Shown in pieces: positions 19,882 through 30,100 of a stretch of 64,000 bases of DNA. The notes below the pieces were generated by a model, which saw nothing but the letters and a program-made list of their open reading frames with translations, was not told the DNA's origin and made no database searches. This DNA comes from a virus. Its lineage: Duplodnaviria; Caudoviricetes. The position numbers were made by a program, and so were the translations under genes. The number at the start of each line of letters is the position of its first letter. Positions within the stretch are counted from its first letter, which is position 1. The DNA lies in the IMG/VR virus record IMGVR_UViG_3300020431_000009, positions 550 through 64,549 of that record. One strand, given 5' to 3'.

Positions 19882-21129
19882 TTAGTATGCTCTGATAATG
19901 TATACTACAGTTAATGATGGTTGACTTGTATTCATATCTATTTGCAATGCTCCTACATTAGTAGCATTATCAAGAGTTGTATTTACTGGAATATTTACAC
20001 TAGCAACTAGTCTAGATTGTGGTTTTAAACTCGATTGCTGGTATATAATTGCGAATGGTTCATGAGCATGTGCTTGAATACTACTATCTGTCCACCCAGA
20101 TCCATTATTACTGATCAAAGTTCCAAAAGTTCCTAAACTTGGACTATCTTCATAAAAATTTCTATAACCAGCTGGAACTGAAATATTATTTCCATTTCTA
20201 CCATAAGCGATAGTATCATCACTATCTAATTGGTTATAAATCCATTCACCTTTACTAGCAATAGGAGTTCTAGCAAGTGAGAATGGAATAAGGTTAACAG
20301 GAGGAGCTTCTGATGTAGTAGCACCCACTACTCTTCCTGCTTGACCACCACCAAATCCAGTTCCCAAATTAGTCCAAGAAGTAAAATCCCCACCGTTATT
20401 TCTTAATTGTTCACCCTTATAAAATTGCTCATACTCAAAGTAAATTTCATCAATGAATCCATCACTGTCCTCAGTATCACTTGTATTGTCCCAGGCACCG
20501 TGTGTCCAATCAATCTCAATATTGTCCCAAGGAATAGTTCCTATGCCTGGTTTAGATGCAGGATTGGCGCTAATAGTTTCATAACTTCCACCATGACTAT
20601 GTTGCCTGATGTGTGTATGACCTAACTTTCTTCCGCCAATAAACATGGTTTTTTCACCATCTCCAGGAATAATAGTATTTCCGGAAATGTTACCACTATA
20701 TCCCAATCTATCATTTAAAGTAAATACAACATCAGTGTAAACATCAGTAAACACTGTTGGAGCAGCAACATCTGTATTAACACCAATAAATGGTGCTATA
20801 ATATTCTTAGCATCAGCATCATCATCAATAGTATTATTTTTATTACCAAAATAAGTTTCTTCGATATCCATCAAAAATCTACCTTGATTTAAATTAGGTA
20901 GGAGAATATCGCCGTCATAATTTGGAAAAGAACCTCCAAAATTTGATGCGTTTGGATCTTGATTATAAGTATCCCCAATTGCTTGCGCTAAAAGAGGAAA
21001 TTGATCTGCTTCGACAGCACTGCCATCACATAGAATCCATCCTTTGGGCACTTCACTAAGTGCCCCAGACCAAGGAGCGATGGTGCCCATCACCGCTGCC
21101 TTCATAGTTTTTGTTTGCTGATAGAACAT
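19882..21129 (-). CDS. tail-collar-domain protein
   Basis: GTIAPWSG...PKGWILCDG...LLPNL collar motif; C-terminal QPSLTVVYIIRAY. Confidence 0.8.
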   Translation of the reverse strand: MFYQQTKTMKAAVMGTIAPWSGALSEVPKGWILCDGSAVEADQFPLLAQAIGDTYNQDPNASNFGGSFPNYDGDILLPNLNQGRFLMDIEETYFGNKNNTIDDDADAKNIIAPFIGVNTDVAAPTVFTDVYTDVVFTLNDRLGYSGNISGNTIIPGDGEKTMFIGGRKLGHTHIRQHSHGGSYETISANPASKPGIGTIPWDNIEIDWTHGAWDNTSDTEDSDGFIDEIYFEYEQFYKGEQLRNNGGDFTSWTNLGTGFGGGQAGRVVGATTSEAPPVNLIPFSLARTPIASKGEWIYNQLDSDDTIAYGRNGNNISVPAGYRNFYEDSPSLGTFGTLISNNGSGWTDSSIQAHAHEPFAIIYQQSSLKPQSRLVASVNIPVNTTLDNATNVGALQIDMNTSQPSLTVVYIIRAY

Positions 21130-21133
21130 TTAA

Positions 21134-24100
21134 TTATACTTCCATTAAGTACCAACCTGTTAACGCAGATGGAACGCCAGAACCGCTTCCATCTGGATTT
21201 ACGCCACCAGCATAAACCAATCCAAATGCCGCATTTGGTGTTTGAACGATTAGTTCTCCGCCATTATATCCTGCGAAGGATGAAGGAGAAACACCGCTAA
21301 GAGCAGCACTTCCTGTATTAGAGAGTTCATTCTGCACTTTAACATCATCTACTGCTCTAATAACGAGACTTAGACTATAAGTTAGAGATCCACTAATATC
21401 TATAATACGAATGGTATCTCCAATTAAAGGATTGCCTGGTAATTTGAATAATGTATTGCCTGTCGAGTTAACAAAGTAGTTAACGTTTGATTCGCCAACA
21501 ATGACAGTATCACTTGAATGTACCCATTTAGCACCACCAGTTCTAGTAATGTAATTAGGAATCTGAGCAATTGTCATTCCTCCATCTTCTTCGACAGAGA
21601 ACATATCCGCTCCACTGCTATTCTTAATAACAGTTCTTCTATCAATTTGATCACCACTAGAATCTTTATATTGGATATCCAATCCACCTGTAAAGATCTT
21701 AATAGATCCACCAAATGTACTAGTACCAGTTCCAAGTGCTGAGAGACTACCATATACTGTCAAGTCTCCAGAAGAATTATCAAATGTAAGTCTTGGAGAA
21801 GAAAGATCAGCATCACCAGTAGAAGGATCTGTACTAAAGAATCTCATTCCTCCTGTACTTAAGATGGTTCCAGTTGCAGTATCAATTTGGAAAGTAACAG
21901 ACTCACTAACCGCAGAATTACCGCCATTAGTAAGAGTTAGGAACTCGGTATTACCTTGTGGGGTTAACTTAAACAGTTCACCATCTTGAGCAGCGAAAGT
22001 CGATCCTCTTAATGTAATAGTATTGTTTGTAGTTAAAGTTCCAGCAGTAGTAGTATTACCAGTGTTAGAATCAACAGTAAACTTATTGAATCCAGATCCA
22101 GCAAGGATATCACCGAAGATGTAAGTATTACCAGTAGTAGATTCTACCTTGAATACTTCAGCAGCAGGGTCACCACCATCATTAACGCTCAAGGATTGTG
22201 GAGAAGTGCTGATTAGATCTTTGACACTAACAAATTCAGATGAAGATAACCTCATGAAGTCTCTAGTGGAAATAGTTCCACCAAACTCAGCAACCCCAAT
22301 TCTTGCATCAGCAGAAGTAGCAGGAATTCCATTTTCTGGAACATCAATTAGATCGTTAAAGTCAAGGTCAGAACCAGTAATATAAGAAGCATTTGACTGC
22401 TTAACTAGTTTGGCAATAACACAACCATCTGGATGATTGAGGTATGTTCCTGTTCCTTCTTGACCTCTACCAACAATTAATCTATAACCATTTGGATCAG
22501 CAGGGTTTGCAACGTTAGCAAGACCAATAACACGAACAATTTCACTCTCTGCCTCATTTCTCAAACCTGTTAATTGGTTTGGAGCAACACCAACAATATC
22601 AGGAGAAGTAGGATCTGCTCTATCGATTAAGAGAAGATCACCAACTTGGAAATCAGTAATAGTTGGTGTTGTAATTGGTAGAATGTATGATTGACCAGCA
22701 TCATTGGTTCCATTTACTTGGAATGTAAGGTCTCCACCACCAACTCCACCACCAAGTTGAGCATTAGTAATTGTAATAGTTTCATCATCAATATACCCAG
22801 AACCAGGAGACTCAACGGAAATATCAATTGTACTATCAAATCTAACAATAATAGTAAATGTAGCACCAACACCAACACCATCAGAGGTAGCAGTCAAGAA
22901 CGAATATGTCGCTGCTGGTCTAGACGCAGCGCCAGTATTAACAATATTATCGATCGATGCAATTTGTCCGCCTGCTAACAAGAAGGAATTGGAACCCCAT
23001 GCAGCAACACCACCAGTATCAATAAACTTACCAGTAGATTCATATTTGTAAAAATCGATGTTTGGATTTTCTACACCACCAACATTATGAGCAACGATAG
23101 TCGTTCCAAACCTACCTCTTACAATTTCAATAATACCAGAATTCAAACCACCGTCTAATCTGATATTACCTTCAACAATTGCCGAAGCAAGAACATTTAG
23201 TGTGTTTCTAACAGTGGTTGTTCCACCAGTAGAACCTAAATTAAATGTAGTTGCGTTAGTAGCAAGATTAACTGTGTTAGTTTGATCTCCATCAAATAGA
23301 TTGACAGTTCTAGTTTGAGTGAACAATCTAGAAGTACTTGTTCCGGCACCATATCGTGTGCCAATTTCAAGTTCACCAGCAATTAGAGTCTGTCTGGTTC
23401 CAATTTCAGTAAAGGATGCGGTATTACCCCATGCTCCACCAAGAGTAATTTCACACTTATTAGTAACATCATCACTAACACTAGCAATATCAACTGTAGC
23501 ATCAGTAGAATTTCTATGAAGTCTTAAAGTTGATGTTGTTGCAGCATTACCAATCTGAATCGTTTGGTTGGGGGAAGAGTTAGCAATGTTAATACTTTGA
23601 GCAACAGTTGTGTTGTTCAAGAAGTTAAAGATCTGACCTTCACCTGCCCAGTTTAGAATATTTGCATTCTGTGGGACAAAGTTGAATGTGTTATTTGTAG
23701 TGGTTAGATCACCACCATTAACTTGAATGTCAGAAGTAAATTCAACATCACCAGTAAATCTACCAGTACCAATAACCGTTAGAGTCTTATCTAAGTTGAA
23801 TTGTGGGTTAACAGCATTTCCAACTGTAGTATTAATACCAAGTCTACCACCATTTGTGGTCATGACACGAAGAGTTGCCGTGTCATCTGGGTCGGAACTA
23901 TCGCCACCAACTAAGAGAGCATGATCTAGATCTGTTTCAGTCTTAACAACTGTAGTCTCATTCAAGTAATCATTAATTTTCTTACCACTAATGAATGCAT
24001 CACCTACAACATCTAGGTTTGCTCTTGGATCAGTTTCAGGAGAGATGAATCCATCCTGAGATGCAATATGAGCAGAACGAGCAAGAGTGTTAATACCAAC

Positions 24101-27100
24101 CTTGAAGTCTCCCATGACCTCAGTGTTAGTTCTGAATGTTTCAGCACCAACAACACCAACTTCTTTCCAGTTAGAGTTAGAATAATCAATAGATGGAGCA
24201 ACCTGTCCAACAGGAACGTCAGTTACACCACCAGTTCCACTCCAAGATAGGAGATCAACAGGAATTGCATCAATAACTTGGAAGTGAACATAGTTATTTG
24301 CAGGATCAAATGCATCACCATTTGGACTATAAACCTGCCAGACAGAATTTAATCTAGAATCTGGATAGTTATTGATTCTAATTTGAGAACCAGAGGTGAT
24401 ACCAACTGCAGAATTAGCAAGATTGACGCCCTGATCCTTAAATGTCAATTTAACAACATTAGTACCATCAAATTCGATAGTGAAAATATTGCTTTGAGGA
24501 ATAGCTTCATAGTAATTTGCGTAAATCCAACCCCATGATCCAGACTTACCAACTTCTAGTCCTTTAAGAAGAATATCTCCTGCTTTAACAGCAACACCAT
24601 TATAGTTAATAAACTGATTAACATATACTCTATCACCACCAGAGGCAACTAAAGAGTTATTGTTTGGTGTGATATTAGAAGGAAGACCATTAATAGTGTG
24701 AGTTTGGATCTGATAACTTTGTCCTGTTCCTCTCGCATTCCAACCAAACACAGCAGCATCAATTCTATTCTTACTGATGCGAATATCTCCGTCATTAACT
24801 ACCTTAAAGGCAGTTCTATCAAGAGATTCATCTTGCTCAAGATTCGTAATAGGATCAACAGAAGATACATTAGAGCGAATGATTAGGACATCACGAACTT
24901 CAGTTAGATCATTATCCTGAACAGAAACGATTAGAGGAGACTGGAATACGTTCTGTTGAGTGCCATCACCACCAACAACTGTAATGTTCTGGTTGAATGT
25001 TACAGGAGTATCGAAAGTGGTAACTAAGTTGCCAATATCTTCATCATCATCTGCACTAGACTCAAGAACTGCTGCTTCAAGGAAAGTTTCCTCTCCCGTA
25101 ATAGCGTTAATCTTGCGATTACCAATGTAGAGATCACCATTGGAATTTAGACCCGTGTAGAAGACGATACCACCGTCTTCTTTCTTACTTTGTGCGTAGA
25201 AGTCCTCTTCAGGTGTTAAGACAACTTCCTGACGCGCTGGGAGACCAGTAGAGTAGTTTCCTGGACCGAATCCAAGATACTCAAACGTATGATTACCAGC
25301 ACGAGCAATAGAAGGTCTTCTAAGTTCAACATAATAGCGTTGATCTGCTAGAACTTCACTATTACCAGAAATCCTAATCTTACGATCCTCAGAACCAGAA
25401 GTAGCATTGCCATTCTGTGCTTTGATTTCCGTTGCCCCACTGTAATCATTAGTGATAAATGCAGGTTGATTAACAAAATCTTCAACTAATTCTCTAGTTA
25501 TAGAGTTCTTATAATCGTTTGTAGATACAAGACCATGGATATAGTTGTCAGCAGAGGAATATGTTGAAGGAGGATCAATCGATTGTACAGCAAGTGCTAA
25601 TTCTTCTGCTGATGTGCCATTCTTCTTAAACCAGAGAGGATCATTCTTGTAATCTAAAGGATACAATCTGCTGACGGGTTGAGAGAACTTAAAGTTTCTA
25701 AAGTTTCCACCAGCACCAGCTCCTGTTGGGAATGGGGAGATATTACCACGTAAACAACTTAAGTAATAAACACCATCTTGCTGACCTGCGATTCTACGTT
25801 GTAGTGTCTCATAACTAAAGACATAGAACGTATCTTCAATAACACCAGCATCTTCAACAGAATCAACATAATATTCAATACCAGAGTCATCTTGAATAGT
25901 ATCACCAGGAGTGATAGTATAAACATTAGCGCCTTTTTGCTTGTAATAATACTGGGGATAATTTTTTCGGATTTGTGTTTTTAGAGGTAGCGATTTGCCC
26001 ATGTCTTGATCTTCAAGCATGTCAGCAAACGTGCTTCCCTGTTGGAATTTAATATTATAATATTCACTAAATTCTAACTTGCCACCACGAATATTTTTAA
26101 GGATGAGATAATGCTCACCATTAACAGTCATGTAAGCATGGATATTAGCAATACCAGTAGAATTACCAGACCAAGAAACTTGGTTACTACTAACGCTTTC
26201 TGTCTTGTTAGTTGTCCAACTACCACCTTGTGGTGCATTAGTTTTAACTGTAGTAAATGATTCGTTTCTTAAACCAGAGTAATTGACGGTATCAATACTG
26301 TGATCAAAAACAGTCATTTCTAGATATTCAATTGTTGGATCTAGATTGTCTTCGACATAACGCGCAGATTGAATTGTCGCTTGAATACCAGAATTAAACT
26401 TAGCAAACTTTGGATTCAAGTATGGATCATATGCTGCATCGATGTTAAGACCTGCGGTTGACAAATCAGATTCAGAGTTTCCAATGAATTCACCTGCTTG
26501 AATTGGGTTTTCAAAACGAGCACCAAAAACACTACCAACAACGGGTTTCAGTAAAAGTTTCTGTGGTACTAACTTACGTGTATCATCAGTTCTTGTCTTA
26601 ATAACAAATCCGTTGATAGGATCTCTTGCATTCCCAAGATACTTGGGAATAACATAACGAATCTTATATGTTCTATCATCTGCTTCACGCTCATCTTCCA
26701 AACGTGTGAACCACATGTCTGTAGATCTGTTTCTGTCTGCTAAATCAGACTGCTTGATTCTCCATTGAATATTAGTTTCTCTAACTGTTTGAAGAACGTT
26801 ATTGGATCCTTCGTCTTTACAATTTACATACCACTTACCAGTTTTATTTGTTAAGCGTGAGAATGCAGGATCAAATTTAACAGGACTTCTGCGTTTGTTA
26901 GAGAATACATCAAACTTCATAGTTTGACCAGAAACAAATGTAATTGGATTTACATTGTTAATTGCATCTGCATGAGTTTTATGGATAGTAAATACTTTAT
27001 CGTTTTGATAACGAGCAAAGAACTCAATTTGTGGATTAATTTTGCCATAGTTGACATCACCAGTATCTTGTACTGCAACATCAGCGTCTGCAGCATATGT

Positions 27101-30100
27101 TGTTGATACTTCAGGTAGCGAAGGTTGTCCTTCTGCTTGTCTAAAGAAAACTTTATGTGGAGTTACAGATGCAAATGGTACATCAAAGACGTGAGGAACA
27201 CTAGTCTCAATACCAGCATTGATTGCAGTAGTTATCTTAGCAGTATAACTATGAAGATCATATTTCTCATCTAAAATAAACTGATAGATGTCAATCTCAA
27301 CATTAGGATCAATACTGTCTGCTTCCGAAGAATAGAGGTATATACCTGCTGCAGCATTCTCTTTAGAAGTTGCTAACATTAACTTGGTCTGATCACTACC
27401 ATTAAAGAATGTAGTGTTGCTATAATCTTCTGGTTGAGTTTTTCTACCAGGAGCAATTACATAATATGTTGTATTAGTTTCAAATCCATTGGGTAGTCTG
27501 ACAAGACGCTTATCAACATCAACATACTTGCCAGTATTAGTATCAAAACGAGGACGTGGAACAAGTCTTACTGGAGTTCCAGTTTCAAAATCATGAGGAT
27601 TAGAAGCACCAGTACCAGTTGTATTGATTGAGAATGCTGTAGACCTAGAAGCAAACAAAGAAAGATTTGCTGTTTGTGGTTGTCTAGTAACACTATCAAC
27701 ACCACTATTAATGATAGTAGTAATGTTTCCAATTAATGTATCGATAGCATCAGCAGTAGAAGCACATTCTCTCTTCTGATACGTAAGACCCGTATTAGGA
27801 TCAGTAGCTACTTGACCAGTCTCAGTATCCTGTATAACATCAGGACCAGATGCTTCCGGACCAACGGTTACAGTTTTTGGTAGTGTGTCTGCCCAAGATC
27901 CTTTCTCGTATGAGAAGTATAGATCGAGTGTGCCACTTTGTAGCGCATTTACACTAGGACCATCGTTTAGTTTAGATCCTATGGCACCCAATTCAATCTC
28001 AGTACTACTTACAATTGACTTAACATAGGTGCCGTCTGGAATACTATTAAATACTAAAGATGATCCAGATTGAAGCAAACCATTAACGTATGCAGGATTA
28101 ACAGAATCTGTATTATCATATTCTGCAACTCGCATTCCAATAAGAACACCACGAGTATCTCCAATATTAACAATTGAAGATCCGCTAACTGATGTAGCAT
28201 CAAAAGCAAGGAAATCAAAGTTTCTCATGGCAGCAATTGCCATGTCTCTTACATATTCCCATGCATCAATAGTTTCTGTCTTCTCACCGTCGATGTAATC
28301 TAATTGATTACCAACATAGTATGCTTCACCTGCCTGCACAGAGTTGATGTTGCCACCAAGTCTGAGGTCATTAACAACAGCATCAACAATGTAAGATACA
28401 TCACGGAAACACTTGGAAGCTTCTGCTTCTAATGTAAATGTACCACGATTAAGTACTGGCAGATCGCTTAGATCATTGCTAGTGAATGCATCAACAGCAA
28501 TATCAAATAAGTTTTCAATTGTACTACGAACGTTTGCACAATCCCACTCTCCATGATCAATTGCGGGTGGATTAAACTGTCCTGAATGTACGATATCATT
28601 AACAATACCAATTAATGTATCAACAGTTTGAAGTACATCCGAACAATTTCCAAGAGTGTATTCTGTTGGTTGTGCTGGTTCTGTTCTGGTAGCTGTAAGT
28701 GTACCTGAAGCACCATCTGTTCCAATAGATTGAACAATTATACCCATAAGAGTATCAAAAGCAGCAATCGGTCCAGCACAAGAAGCGGGACCATAATTAG
28801 GACTATCCCAATCGCTTACAATAGTTAAATCAAATTTCTGACTAAATGGGTTGTTTGGTGATGTATCTACAGGATTTCCATTAACATCATTACCAAATCC
28901 AGTTACATAACGATTTCTGATTACATCTCTAGAAATAGAAGTGGCATAAGCGAATACTCTTTGTGCTTCATCACGCTCAGGATCAAGGAACGTACTTACA
29001 GACTCACCTTTAAGAATACAATCGGGAAGTGAATTAATATATGTGTGAGCATACTGATCACCAGGAGCACTAACACCTACATTAACTATAAATGTATTGG
29101 GTGTTGATGAAGTAATTTCTAACCAAGTGTCAGAAGCAGGATCAGTTATACGAGGATAAGCATGTGCAGTGTTATTACCATCCATATCACATGTAAACGT
29201 GATACCATTATCAGCAATCTTAATGTAGTTTCCAACAACCATTCCGTGATTGGGAATAGTAATTTCTAAAGTTCCAGTTGCCGAATCATATGATGCTAAA
29301 TCTGGTGTAAATCTCTTTGGATTTAAACCTGCAAAAATGTTTGTGATGTATACTTCTGCTGCATCATATGTCTTGCTGTTTCCACCAAACTTAACGTTCC
29401 AAAGAACTTGGTCAAGAACATTATAAACATCATCTAAACAATCTTGCTCAGTATTTGTAACCTGTGGTTGATATGATGGGAAATCAGACAGCATACGATC
29501 ATATGCTTCTTTAGCAATGAACTGTTTGTTTGCCATTACTTGATTATAAGCAGTGGCAAAAGTATCACCAACAACTACAGGATCACCAACTTGATCTAAT
29601 GTAATTGTAGAGTCTTTTTGGTGTAATTGGTTATTAATAGCACGATTGATTGCATCAGCAGCACGAGCAAATGCTGTGATCGATTGTGATTGCTCTCCAA
29701 GAAGTCCGTTTGGAATAGGATTGCCATCCTTGTTAAAGTATCCTCTCGCCATCGCGACAGAATACTCATTACCACCAAACCACAAGTCTTGCTGAACTGC
29801 TCCAACTATGTACCCAATATCTCTACGGCACTTAGTTTCGCTAATAGATTGTACACCTTGAGTTAGTAGTACGTAATTAGGATTAGTTGGATCAGTTAGT
29901 GAATCATTATTGTTATCAGAAACAACCTGAGTTACAATTGTAGTTAAGGTAGCAATTGCATTCTGGACATCAGTACAAGAGGCAGGGTCTAAATTATCTG
30001 GAAGATCGCCAAGTCCATCTCCATATATTGCTTCACCAACAGAAACAAGTGTATCTTGATAACCGTTAGTTAATTGGTTAGAGACTGCTAACTGCATATA